Assembly: GCA_964247055.1 (NCBI GenBank) | Contig: OZ176054.1 | Span: 11,098,001 to 11,162,000, forward strand | Origin: Paragordius varius | Taxonomy: Eukaryota; Animalia; Nematomorpha | DNA: 64,000 bases | Direction of reading: 5' to 3' | In this document: one piece after another, positions 32,701 through 45,670 of the stretch | Position numbering within the stretch: the stretch's first letter is position 1 | Layout: every line of letters starts with the position of its first letter | The notes under the pieces: generated by a model | What the model was told of the DNA's origin: nothing | The model's database searches: none | The model's input: the letters and a program-made list of their open reading frames with translations, nothing else | Program-made: the position numbers and the translations under genes

Positions 32701-35700
32701 AACATTAGCATTTAGCATACAGTTATTTTGAAAAACAAACCAATCAAGCATTTTGCAAAATATGCGATTAATCTTTATATTTGAACCAATAAAATGTAAA
32801 AACATTTTATAATTGGTTATTTCAATGATGAAAGAAATCGTAAAACAAATTAGGTAAAATTTATTTAAAATATCCAGTAAAAGCTATGAATTTGAAGATT
32901 TAAAAGGCCACAATGTGGCAAAATTTATTTTAAACAAAATTCTTAATTGAATTGATTGAAAATTTTGTAATAAATATAAATATGTATAATATAAACTTTT
33001 AAGAAAAAACATGACATTATTAGTGAAACGTAATTGTCGTTCTAACAATATTTTCACAAATCAATATCGCATGGTATTTACTTAGGTAAAGTGGTCATGA
33101 CCATGGACCGGGTCAGACCGGACTTTTTTGAAAAAGCAGTCAAATGCACAACCCTAGTAAGAACATAATTAAATGCATTAATATTTTTAAATTTCAATCA
33201 TATTGTGTTGTTATGTGTGTTAAATGGTTAATTCACATACCTTTGGCCTTTTCACACCTCTACACATATTACCTTGGTTGTGAATGCTGTGTGAGGTATC
33301 ATGGCAAATTTTGTTGGGTTTCTCAGATTTTTATTTTTAAAGTACCTGCATGTTGTCCGTCCGGGCCTACAGGCTATGAAACTAATGGGCCGTGAAAGGG
33401 TTTGTTGGCACGAATAATCCAAGATATTAAAAATAGGTGCGCAGTTGTTAAAATTGTCAAAGGCTGCGCCTAAATGTACCCGAAAATCCGATCTAATGCT
33501 AGTACCACCGTCTTGGAACGGCGGCCACACTTAATATCACCAGCCCATTGACAACTTTTACTGAGTGGTACTAATTGACCGAGTAGAGATAGAAATGTTA
33601 GAAGAAACTATTCAAGTGATATCCTAGTTTTTAGACACGTTTTTGCCATTATGGTTACCCAATAATAGTGGTTATCAAAAACATATTTTAAACCGGAATA
33701 TAAAGGAACTTTATCTTCCCCTAATATTGATCATGTAACTTCCGCTACCTACCACCCCAAAACAATTGGGTTGGTAAAGAGATTTTACCTTATCCCATCC
33801 GGAACGGAGATTGAATCAGATTCTTCGGACCTACCGCATACCCACCATAGCACAAAAACTCCGGCACATCTGTTTTTATAACGAAGTATTCAAAGTTCTT
33901 TAACATGGAAAGCCAAACCCGTAGGAGTTTGAAAATGGGCAAAAGATAAATATTAAGAATGAATTGTGTACTGGTGAGGGAGGTAGGAATTGTCGACAGA
34001 ACGGGATGTTCATACTGACAATGGAAGTATTCGTTAACATACAGACCATGCATAGACGGGCCGAAGCGGAAGAAAAGAATAAGAATCTGGGTAGCCCAGC
34101 AATGTCTACCATGATACCTCACACAATGTGCAAATTTTTTTAATAAAGGGCTGCAAATTGTGGTTTTTTAAAATTTTTATTTTTTTAGTTATTCAAAGGC
34201 CATACAATGCATAATTTTGGACAATATCATAGATACTTTATAGATATATGAATTTCGCTATGGGTTAGAAACCCCAAAGCATTACGATTTCATTTTCTTG
34301 AATGTATAACTAATCGCTTATTTTTAAAAAATGAACCAAAACATGGTGTAGCTTCAGAAATATTTCTGAATTAAATATTGGCATTTCAAATTATATACAT
34401 GGAATTATAATGCGAAAATTATCTCTTAGTGTTTAAAATATATTATCAGAGTTGAGTTTAGTACCAACCTTGTTTTCTTATATTCCATTCTCGAATCAAT
34501 TGATTATCGGCAAACAATCTATAATTAGCACCGTTTTTTGTCGTTATATTTATTCTAAAATATCCAATCCCATTTTTGATGACATTATTTTTAATATCCC
34601 TTAATTGAAGTAGACACTCTTGGGCTAATTGTTTGCTCCTATATAAAGGTATACAACTTTGTTCGACCTCAAACCTATCATTGTATGAGGTGTATGATAT
34701 TGAAAGACCAGAAAATAGAATTTCTCTGATTATTATCAGTTTTTCATCGATATAAATTTTATAGATGCCCATATCTTCGATATAGCCTGATCTAATTAAC
34801 CAATAATCATCATCTGTTATGGAATCAAAGGTGTCAGCCTTATCATTCTTTTGTAGCATAACACGTGGTTTATGTGTTTTACGTGCATAATAGTTATCGA
34901 TATTGAACGCAAATGAAATGGTTGATTTCCAAGTTACATAGTCTTTTCCCTTAAGCGCTATAAATTAAATTGTAGCTTATTGCAAACACATAAGATGGGT
35001 AAAATTTTATTATTTGGTGAAATATATATATTTTATGGGAAAATGTATCAGAATTATTATGGTGCTTTTGGTTGTAAACCTTAGGAGTGATTTAAGATAT
35101 TTCCACTTTTGTGGTATCTATCTAAAAATAAATTTTACGCACATTTGGTAAATAAAATATTTCTGGTGAAAGCTAAATGATTTATTCCAAAAATATCATT
35201 AAAATATATCATAATTTTTAGATGTGGGTATCAAAAAAGTCCCAGTTTTTTGCCCTCCTAAAATAGAATAGTTCTCTTAAAACAAACGCAAAAATGCCGA
35301 GATTTTAAAATTTAGATATATGCTAATTTACAAAAAAGGGTATTTTCCGAAAAAATGGATACTTTGCCTAAAAAATTTATTTATAGCATTGTTAAAGCCT
35401 ACTTCATACTATTTTGAACGCTATAATAATGCATTAAAATATTATAATTATTCTTTTCGAATTCGACGCTAAACATTCCTATCACCTCAGAATTTTTATT
35501 TAAAACATTCGTCCAAAAATTGATGTAAAATATAAATTGTTTTTTTTATAAATATTCACTAAAATTAAGCACACCAACCTTTAAATTAAAATTTTGAGGT
35601 GATAAAACTACATGCCCTGAAATAGTATGAAGTACGCTTTTTTAAGCAAAATATCCATTTTTGCGGAAAAAACTATATATGATGTAAAATAGCCTATTTA

Positions 35701-38700
35701 AAATTTTTATTGTGTATCCCGTCATTGTGTTTATTTTAAGAAATCTAGCCCATTATAAAAGGGCGAAAAAATTGGGAATTTCGACCACATCTAAACTTAA
35801 AATCTCATAAATTCTTTTGATATATTTTAATATTTTTTGGGATGAGACATTAAGCTCTCACCAAAAAAATTTTTGAGTTGCCATTTTCTAATATAGAGCA
35901 CTTACTACAAAAGTGTACTTATTTAAATCACTCATAAGGTCCGAGACCAAAAGCACTATAATGATTCTGATATATAGTTTTATCTGGTAAATCATCCTTT
36001 TAAACTTAATTATTAACATTTTCTAACTATAATATATATTAATGCCTCTTGCATTAGAGATTCAAAAAACACTATAGAAAAAAATGGTGGCAAAAAAGTT
36101 TGAGATGAGGATTTTTTAACAATTTTACAAATTTTCTTGTATAATGCGCCAAAAAGGCTCTAGAAAGCATATTTTTCGGCTTAATACCTTAAATACGTTT
36201 TAAAATATTAGAATTTCGTATCGTTCCGGGATACAAAATTGCCCCAAAAGGTAATGTAGTGTTAATATTTATATTTTTAGCGAGGATAATTTATAAAATT
36301 ATTAATATAAAAAGACTACTGGTTAAACTAAATTATTATTGCACCAGTCGTTTAAAAAAATTATTTCCACTTTTAACGTCCCATATCGAAAAGTCAAAAA
36401 TTAGCGCATATTATATCGGATGAAGTTTTGTTATAATCTACCCAAAATATTTTGTTTATTATAGAACATATTTTAAAACAATAATTAAAATGATTTAATT
36501 CTAGTGGGCAAAAGTTTTAAATTTAAACAGCGCTAAAATAAACTGATATTCAAATTAAACGTTAAAATGTCTCTTTTCATGATAATATTTTTGATATATA
36601 TTAGGTAACATCAAAATAAGTCATTTTTAAAAAAAAATCACAGGAATTTTAAGTTTTGAAATAAATTACCTAAATTTGAAAAAAACGAGTCTGAGGTAAT
36701 ATACCTCACCAACAAATTAAAAAAATAAAGTGGTGTTATATCTCAAAGTGTTTTTCGTTTTGACCATGCTTAACACTTTAATACAACACATCCATTTTAG
36801 TCCTTCAATTCAAATTGGGGTAGTTGGATACCCCAGGCCTGTTTAAAATTAAATAAGTAAAAAATATGGAAGGAATCGAGACCATGGCAAAAATTTGCAC
36901 ATTTATAACATTAATGAACCGAAATATATAAAAAATTATAAACAAAAATACTTGATTATCTTTATTTTTATGTAAAACCTCAAGGTAAAATAGTCAACAT
37001 GACAAGATAAATTTAAAATAAAACACTTTTTCTGTTATCAATGTTAGAAATGATTTAAATAAATAGCTTTAATTTTTGCTTTAATCAAATAAACATGGTT
37101 CATGGTTTATTGAGGCAATTTTTTACGTATCACATGCCCTTGTGTACAACTAATGATTTTACAGATCATTAGAAAACTGGCCTTGCGCACCATGTCTTTG
37201 TAGATCTGGAACGTGAGTTTAAATACCACGCTCCACAATTCAATGGGCACTACGTAAAAAAGGAATAGAGGAACACACCATACAAATCTTACTACTTCTT
37301 TATAAAAATATAACAACCAACATTAGAACCAATATCGGCAATACAAGCAATTTCCCAACCAATGCTGGACTACATCAGGGTTTAGTCCTAAGTCCAATTT
37401 ATATTACTATAATGGATGCGGCAACGCAAGACATAAGAACTGAGTGCCCTTGGGAAATGTTATTTGCCGACGACCTCGTCATAACAACACGATCGTGGGA
37501 TCAACTGGTTAATAACTATACCAAGTGGAAGAAATGCCTTAAACAATATGGAATGATTATAAACGCCACAAAAACAAAAATAATGATAACGGGTGAAAGT
37601 GAAACACCCAGATACCCCTGTTCCATTTGCAGTAAAGAACTACGTTAGAATTCCATTAAATGCATATCATGTCAAATGTGGGTACACAAAAAGTGCTCTA
37701 AAATAAAAGACAAATTAACAAATGTAATAAATTTTAAATGTTTAAATTGTTTAGTCCCAAGTAATAATAATTTTAATCGACCAAAGCTATTTAACATTGA
37801 TGGATATCGAATTGGTAGACTCTTTTGTTTACCTAGGAGATGTTATATCATCTCAGGGAAGCCCACAAAAGGCTATCAAAAGAAGAATACAACAAGGTTG
37901 GATAAAATATAATCAGTTAAAATATGTTTTCCAAAACAAAAATGTTAATAACTTTTATTAAAAAAACCGACAAAATCGATTATATCATTCAAACTAATAG
38001 ATTGCGTCTCTACGGTCATACTCAGAGAAGAGACACCACCCATCCTTTAAAAACTGTTGAAACATTAATGTTGATGGCAATAGAAGAAAGGGACGACCAC
38101 TCTTTTCTTATAATGATAATATAAAAATGGATTTGAATCAACATAGCCTTTCCACAGAACAATGTAAAGATCGTAATTTATGGAGGAAATTACTTCGTGG
38201 ATACAAAACTCCGAATATGGAGTCCTAATATTATCCATCCATCCATCCATCCAAATAAACATGATATTTTGCGAAAATGTTGTAAAATAAAAATGGCATC
38301 GAAGTACTTTCATATGGAACTTTTTTTTCAAAACCAAATTTTATCTAGATATTTCGGCTTATTTATATAATTTTTATTATGTTAAAAGCATAAATTTAAA
38401 TTGGGACCGTTTCTTTCAGTAGTTGTAAAAAATTTCAACTTAAATATAGTCTGGGGCATTAAGATATCCCCAATTTGAGTCGAAGTGTTAAAATATCATA
38501 ACATACGTTTAAACAAAATTTTGTAAAATTATATTTTTTAAAAATAAGCATTTTGTTAAAAGTCACTTATTTTGATGTTGGCGATATATTAATTGTCATA
38601 TTTAAATATTTATTTATTTTTTGAAAATTAAAATTTTAGCAAAATTTATCGTCTGTGTTTATTTTAAAGACACTAGCCCATTTTAGATATTCACTGGTGA

Positions 38701-39429
38701 TTCGTCAAAAAGTAAAATTGATATTTTAAATATTGGTTTGTTTGTCTTAAGATCACAAAAAATTATTTTAAATAATGTGTGCTATTTCCATATGGGGCAA
38801 TTAAAAGTGGAAATAACTTTCTATGACTGTTAAAACTTAAAATCAACACAGTAAAAATCTGAATGCATTTTTTTATCAGAATGTATATATTTTAAAAAAT
38901 TTTCTTAGCAGAAAATATGGCATGATACAATATTAGTCTTCTATGTTCATATCGGATCCTAAAATTTTATTAAATTATCTAATTATACATATTGCAATGG
39001 TCAATATATACGTTAATCAGGATAATTTGCCCTAATAATACAAAAGATTTTACATTTTGTATTTTATGGGCCTAAACCACCATATAGTTATGGGTATGCA
39101 GTCCTATATTTTTTTCCAAAAAATCAAAATTACAAAATAAATTATATATATATCAAATTATTTTTGATTAACTTACGAGTTAAAAATATATATCCGATGG
39201 CTAAAAGAAATCCATCCTTATTTACACCATATCTACCATCTGCCCTATTATATATGGCTGGGAAACTGCGGCTTTCCAACATAGTGGTGTATTCAATATT
39301 AGTGTATGTATAAACAAATCCAGCCAACAGGATCGTAAAATTAGCTGTGCCATTGTATGGGCTTATAAGGCGATCATAAATGGACCAACCGACAGGAAGA
39401 CTTATATCTCTGTTCAAAGAATTAATCAT
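29763..39429 (-). CDS. Predicted five-exon orphan secreted glycoprotein (>=421 aa); start uncertain
   Basis: Exons 39429-39177, 34957-34469, 30902-30849, 30751-30494 and 29974-29763; four GT-AG introns, all phase 1 (first donor GTAAGT); no stops when joined; eight N-X-S/T sequons; a hydrophobic stretch precedes the first Met. No family recognised. Confidence 0.7.
30281..30457. repeat. Small foldback/MITE with 21-bp tandem units (ttgcgtttggttgaaaaaatg) in the last intron of the orphan gene
   Basis: CAGTCAAAA...TTTTGACTG ends; units on the left arm are inverted relative to about four on the right. Confidence 0.72.
31342..31588. mobile_element. hAT MITE, 247 bp
   Basis: CAGGGGTAGCCAAC...GAACACCCTTG with a perfect 8-bp TSD GTTTAAAT (31334-31341 and 31589-31596). 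Confidence 0.9.
31643..31842. mobile_element. hAT (Buster/SPIN-type) MITE, 200 bp
   Basis: CAGGGATAGCGGCCC...GAGTACCACTG; TSD TGCTAGAT/TGCTAAAT; ends resemble 49273-50860. Confidence 0.85.
32456..33156. mobile_element. Non-autonomous hAT element (TAGGG-type ends), 701 bp
   Basis: TAGGGTTGT...ACAACCCTA with subterminal TGACC/GGTCA repeats; flanks TGAAGAAC and GTAAGAAC (6/8). Confidence 0.82.
33230..34126 (+). mobile_element. Degenerate Gypsy-1-family fragment: LTR piece, short inverted segment, integrase region
   Basis: 33338-34126 aligns with the Gypsy-1 GHPG-integrase-linker DNA; attaccttggttgtgaatgc (~33267-33287) matches the Gypsy-1 LTR; ~33287-33337 is an inverted copy of ~34075-34126. 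Confidence 0.8.
35040..35970. repeat. Old degenerate ~0.9-kb palindrome of repeat family D in the first intron of the orphan gene
   Basis: Left and right halves are imperfect reverse complements (e.g. atcagaattattatggtgcttttgg versus ccaaaagcactataatgattctgat). Confidence 0.65.
36774..38487. mobile_element. MITE family C copy (reverse orientation, TTAA-flanked) interrupted by a LINE
   Basis: TTAA|CACTTTAATAC...AGTCGAAGTG|TTAA; the two halves rejoin across 37098-38251. Confidence 0.82.
37098..38251 (+). mobile_element. 5'-truncated, internally deleted non-LTR retrotransposon (RTE/RTE-X-like)
   Basis: RT remnants FVDLE, GLHQGLVLSP, WEMLFADDLVI; Cys-rich insert CSIC...WVHKKC...CLNC; RLRLYGH; (ATCC)5 tail; 12-bp TSD CAAATAAACATG (37086-37097 and 38252-38263). 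Confidence 0.92.
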
Positions 39430-40089
39430 GCGAGGTGTTACGATTAACAAAAGTATAATTGCAAAAACGTATTGATAAAGATTTCTTTCGATATGGATAA
39501 AAAAATTGGGTTATAAATGTAATATTACAACATAGAAATTGAACATTGTTATGTGTTTGTGCAAATATTTGTTAAAATCATATATTATTTTAAAAAACTT
39601 TAGTGTGCGCGCATGTTATGGCCCATAATAATATTATATGATGATATATTTGACAAAGTCATCATTATCGGTTATTTCGGTTAAATAATGATGCAAAATC
39701 TTAGCAATATAAATTATATATTTCAAGGTTAAATAAACTAAGCAAACTCAAAAATCAAACAGTTATATTTCATATAACTAAATGCCTTTTATCTTTGACA
39801 AAGTATATTTTGCTAAAAGAAATATGTTTGTCACATTACTTTAATCAAATATAACAGAACGCGGGCACTGCAAAGAAGATTTCGCACCTTCGAAACGAAA
39901 ATTTTGAAAGAAGGCATGTATTTTTTATTTCAAATTTGTTTCTTCAAAACTTCGATGCAAATTCGGGTAACTGGAGACTCCAGGCTAACTTTATATAATA
40001 TTAAAAAATCCGAAGCAGGTGTTTCCAATTTAATTTTATGCTCCTATATTAATAAAATAGCCTTAAGCCAAAATAAAATCCAGTTTTGA

Positions 40090-40447
40090 AAAATTTACCA
40101 TATCAATCTACTTGGGCGCCATTTTTATCTAATATCCTTTTAGCGGGGTGTAGATTTTAAATTTTTATATAATCAATTAAATTAATATCGATAAATGATT
40201 GCATTAATTTAACATTTAGTTAATGCAAACATGTCACATCTAAATTTTTCCTTGTTTATCCATAAAATTACGAAATATCAAATCATTTTTAAATATTTTT
40301 TATGTTTCGGTGCCTTACATAATGCATACTTTTGAAATGGTTTAAACACACTCCATATTTTTCATATTTATTGAACAGGCCTGGGGTCGTAGACTACCCC
40401 AATTCGTATCAAAGAACTGTGGATATGATATGTATTTAAATGTTAAA
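40090..40447. repeat. Degenerate MITE-C right half
   Basis: acaggcctggggtcgtagactaccccaattcgtatc...tgttaa. Confidence 0.6.
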
Positions 40448-40543
40448 AATGCATCATAAAAGTTTAGTTTTATATATATGAGTATTTTTCCTAACCAAAA
40501 TATATATAAATTCTAAAATGTTCAGCAATTTATTTCAATGTAT

Positions 40544-40820
40544 TGATATGTAGTGGATACTACAACGTTGCATCATTATATTTTCTTACATCATTTTATT
40601 ATATTAAGCGCATCTGGCGTTTATGTTTGTGCGTCATTATTCGTGGAATTCTTATATAATATATATATATTCGTAGAATAAAAGACATATTCTTACAATT
40701 GTGACGCACATGCATGTTAAAATTATCATTAATTAAAAAGTATAAATATCACGAAATTCTTAATAAATTATTATTGTTTTGTATTTTCATCACCGATTCG
40801 TAATATTCGATACTTAATAT
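40544..40820 (+). repeat. Gypsy-2 5' LTR (277 bp)
   Basis: Starts TGATAT; matches 44558-44833 except one indel in a TA run. Confidence 0.95.
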
Positions 40821-40822
40821 TC

Positions 40823-40836
40823 TGGCGACGAAGACG
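40823..40836 (+). promoter_or_regulatory. Gypsy-2 primer-binding site TGGCGACGAAG (tRNA-Ser GCU-like)
   Basis: Directly after the 5' LTR and before the gag ATG; TGGCGACGAG is the known PBS type of many Mag-clade elements. Confidence 0.85.
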
Positions 40837-43800
40837 ATGGATAAAATTTCAATCGAAGGATACGATGACAATTTTGATTTTGCCACCTATATCAGATATG
40901 TCAAAAGAGTTATGATCTCCAAAAATGTTGATATTAATGATGATAATATCAAAGTACTGTTTTTGGCTGGAGCTGGTCTTAAAACAATTAATAAGATTGA
41001 AACAATGATTTTTCCAGAATCAATTGATGATGCTCCTTGGTCTATGATTCATGACATTGGTCTTAAACTTTTCTCACCTGCCCAGTCTGTCTTCGCTGCA
41101 AGGTTTGAGTTTGCTCGTTTGCGGAGAAATGATGGAGAAACATTCACGGAATTTTTGCAAAGAGTCAAGAGTGTGGCGGAAAAGGCTGAATTTTAAACAG
41201 AGGTGGAGGAGAGAATTAGAGACAGTTTTGTGGCTGGATTAAACTTGCAATCATTGGAAGTGGATCTTTATTCACGATTCCCCGATGCGAAGTGTGATGG
41301 GAAGGCGGTGTCATTAAACACCATTGTCGACATGGCCTTGGCTCAGGAACTTGCAAGGGCCGATATTGCCTCCCATGTGTCGTCAAGCAGTATCCTTAAA
41401 ATTCAAAAGAATCGGTCGAATGATAATAATAATAATAATCATAAGAGTAATAATATGGAATATAAAAAAAATGATGATGGCAACAATAATAAATGGAAGC
41501 GGAGATGTAGCAAATGTGGTAAATCGCATATACCAAAACAATGTCCCGCGTTCGGAAAATATGCCACAATTGCAATAAAAAAAAATCATTTTCAGGCAAT
41601 GTGTCGCCATAAAAAAAGATATAGTGATAATATAAAGGCTAATTATAATAAATGGGGCACACAAGCGAACATTTGCGCTACGATTAATGGCCAAGCTGTC
41701 AGTATGGTTTTTGATACTGGAGCTGCTGCTTCTCTGATTAATAAAAATGTTTGAAAGACGGTGGGAGCACCGTGTGCTCCCAGATTAACTTCCTACGGAA
41801 ACAACCCAATCAAACTCTTGGGAAAAACAGTTGTCAATGTAACAATGGGAAATATTACGAAGAAATTAGAATGTTTTGTGACGGAAGAAGAATCTCCTAT
41901 ATTTGGGCTGCCGTGGATCATTGGTTGTAGCATGACCCTGCCGGATAACGTGAAAGTTAATCAAATAACATCTAATAATAATAATGGTCATGATGATGTA
42001 TTCAAGCGATTTCCAAAACTCTTTAACGGGAAATTGGGTTGTACAACGGTGATCCTGTCAAATTGTATGTCCGATCAGATGCAATACCAAAAGTCTGCGC
42101 TGCACGGCGAATTCCATTGGCACTACAGAGTAAAGTAGAGATGGAAATACAGAGACTGATAGACCTGGGAATAGTGAGTCCCGTAGATCCAACACAACAC
42201 CATGTGGAATGGGCGACTCCTACGGTTAACGTCGTAAAAACTAATGGGGAAATTAGGGTGTGCGCTGATTTCCGGGTAACTATCAATTCTTTGATGGAGA
42301 ACATATCTCAGATTATCCCGACATTTGACACGATCGCGTCTAAATGTGCGGGATCCACATGGTTCTCGTCCATTGATTTAAAGGACGCATACCTTCAAAT
42401 TCCGGTGGATGTGGAAAGTAAAAAATATTTAGTTATTACTACCCCGATGGGATATTTCCAATTTAATCGCCTACCATTTGGATTGAAGGTTTCTCCCATG
42501 CTTTTCCAGAGAATAATGGATGAGGTACTCAAAGATTGCAGGGGCACAATGGCTTATCTCGACGATGTTTTGATTGTTGGTAAAACGAAAGAGGAACACG
42601 ATAGAAATCTGAGCGAGACTTTAGCAAAGTTACAAAAATTCGGGTTTACACTAAGAAAAGATAAATTAAAACTGTATCAGAAGAATATAAAATTTTTGGG
42701 GTTTGAGTTATCAAAACAGGGAATCCGCCCTGTACAAGATAAGCTCGACGCCATTGCTAAATGTGCAACACCCACGAATAAAACTGAGTTAAGATCATTT
42801 TTGGGATTGCTCAATTTTTATGAACGTTTTATTCCTGGTTTACATATCAAAGTTAGTAATCTACATGCACTAACAGGATCCAAAAAGGAATGGAGATGGT
42901 CACAAGAACATCAAAATGAATTCAAGCAAGCAAAAACTTAATATCAAGAGAATCTTTACTTGCCACTTATAACATAAATAATAAAACAATAATACAAGTG
43001 GATGCGTCTACAAAAGGCTTTGGAGCTGTACTTCTGCAAATGGAAAATAAGAGAATGGTACCAATTGCATTCGCATCAAGAAAATGCCAGAATGCAGAGA
43101 AAAATTATTCTGTGATTGAAGGCTTTGTTATTTGGTTTAGAAAAATTCCATTATTATATTTATGGACAGTGAGGTCTGGTCAGATCATAAGCCGTTGGTT
43201 CATTTATTCGGAAACAATCGGAAGTTAAGTGATATTAAAAACTGTAAATTGTTAAGATGGATCTACAAGGCCGCCGCGTATGATTTTGATATGAAATATA
43301 TTGCGGGATCGACAAACATGGCCGATGTGTTTTCAAGACTTCCCGAAAAGAGTCATACATCCGTAGACAATGATGATGAATATGTGGCCGAAAAAATCCG
43401 ACAAATCGCATTCGTGGATTTAAATTTAAATAAAACGCAAATAAAAAGGGATTGTTTGGAGGATAAACTGTTAAAACGACTACGTATGGCACTTAAAAAT
43501 AATGATTGGTCAACACCGGAATTATCCGCATTCAAACCCGTTAGAAATGATCTCAAACAAGCCGATGGTTTCGTATATGTTGGTGATCGGTTGGTTATCC
43601 CAACAGCTGCACGAAGACGAATTTTGGCTTGGTTTCATGTTGGACACCCGGGTATCGTTGCTATGAAAAACACAGCCAGGTCGGTGGTGTTTTGGCCCGG
43701 AATGGATAAGGGCATTGAAAAGTTAGTACACGACTGTCAGTGTTGTCAGAGGAACAGGGCGAACGTTGCTGAGAATCCGGTATATAAATGGAACTTCAAT

Positions 43801-44542
43801 GTGGGAATATGGGAAAGACTCCATGTGGACATCGCGGGTCCCATGTGTGGTAAATATTGGTTGGTTTTAATTGACGCGTTCTCAAGATGGGTGGAGGTGG
43901 AGATACTTAGCAGTATTACATCTGATGTGATTTTGAAACAATTGGAGAAATGGTTTTCCTCTTATGGTTTTCCAAGAATGCTAGTATCTGATAATGCTAC
44001 TTATTTCAAATCGTTCAATTTTCGGGATAAGATGACAAACTGGAACATTAAGCATGTGACGTCGGCTCCCTACCACCCAAGGACAAATGGTTTGGTAGAA
44101 AGAGTAATTTATACGTTGAAGTCGAGATTCCGTTCCACGATGATGCCTGGCGTGAAGAGTCAGGTGGCTTTAAATAATGTTTTATTGGCCTATCGTAATT
44201 CATGGCATAAGATTAAGACGACCCCGCATCGTTGTTTTTGAAGAGAAACATCAACACACCGTTGAATTGGTTGCAAGATAAAGAAACGCCTAAAGAAAGT
44301 ACACCACCGAGACCCTTAAGAGAATTCACACCGGATCAGTCAATATTTATAAAGAACGAGACATCAAGAGGATGGCGACCGGGTACGGTGGAAGTAAGGA
44401 CGGGGCCGTTATCCCATGAAGTAAAGGATGAAGATGGAAAAGAGATGCGAAAACATGCCGATTAACTGAGATCGGATGTTGAGCAGAGGGAGGCCCCCAG
44501 GCGGTATCCAGACCGAGTCCGAAAACCTCCGAAGCGTTTTTT

Positions 44543-44833
44543 AGAGGAGGAAGAGAATGATATGTAGTGGATACTACAACGTTGCATCATTATATTTTCT
44601 TACATCATTTTATTATATTAAGCGCATCTGGCGTTTATGTTTGTGCGTCATTATTCGTGGAATTCTTATATATATATATATATTCGTAGAATAAAAGACA
44701 TATTCTTACAATTGTGACGCACATGCATGTTAAAATTATCATTAATTAAAAAGTATAAATATCACGAAATTCTTAATAAATTATTATTGTTTTGTATTTT
44801 CATCACCGATTCGTAATATTCGATACTTAATAT
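44543..44833 (+). repeat. Gypsy-2 polypurine tract (44543-44557) and 3' LTR (44558-44833)
   Basis: AGAGGAGGAAGAGAA abuts TGATAT. Confidence 0.93.
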
Positions 44834-44929
44834 ATATATTTAAAATCGGCTCGGATCTTGAAATTTTGATTACACCTTATTGATATAAAAACTTTATTTT
44901 ATTTTCAAATAGTAAGTAATTTATTACAA

Positions 44930-45670
44930 CATCAATAATATTCGTGGGTTCTCAATATCCCATAAAAAATTTTTGTTCCTAAAATTTTTATTAAAATTAG
45001 GACTGCTATTTGCAATGGGGTTATGTTCTCTACTTGATTTTTGAATCATAAATGAAATAAGGTATAAAAATGTATAACTCCCCATTCCCATATTTTCCGA
45101 AATTAATAAGGCAATAGCGATGTGAGATAATTGTGGATATAGATTATGCGCCATATTATCCGAAATTTCTCAATAGTAGCAAAATAATTTTTAATAGCGG
45201 TATCATATTTCAACTCTAATTCATCTTGCTGTAACGAAAGAGTGTTTACATTAACTGTAAATGGATATAATGTTAAGTCTGACCATTCAGATATGGTATC
45301 TGAAAATTATCTAGTTCTACCTCCACAAGAAATTCCAAAGGATCAAATATTGAATTATTAATGAATGTATTATATGGTATAGATTTGTGATTAAATGGAA
45401 ACTGAATTAATATCCATCGCTCTTCAAATCCATAAAAGCAGTTCTTCAATCAATACATTTATAAAAAAAATATTATGATTACGTTGAAATTTTAGATTCG
45501 ATATCAGTCTAAATAGCAGAATCCTGGTTAAAAATCTGAATTCGAAAAATCACGATAGAGTGCCAATTTGCTTTGATTGTCTGAAAAATCAAAATTTCAT
45601 TTATCAATTCATATAAAGGCGCTATGACATATTCTCATATTTTCCTAAGACACCCTTTTGTGAACCACTG
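44930..45670 (-). mobile_element. Degenerate, internally deleted Buster-type hAT remnant
   Basis: End CAGTGGTTCACAA (minus) at 45670; C-terminal remnant YPQLSHIAIALL in ORF 44924-45154. Confidence 0.6.

Larger units (their letters stand above)
40544..44833 (+). mobile_element. Gypsy-2: full-length Mag-like Ty3/Gypsy element with near-identical LTRs and a broken gag-pol
   Basis: LTR, PBS, gag (40837), protease FDTGAA, RT YLDD, RNase H, integrase HVDIAGP/DNA/ERVI, PPT and LTR in order; coding region split into seven ORF fragments. Confidence 0.97.
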
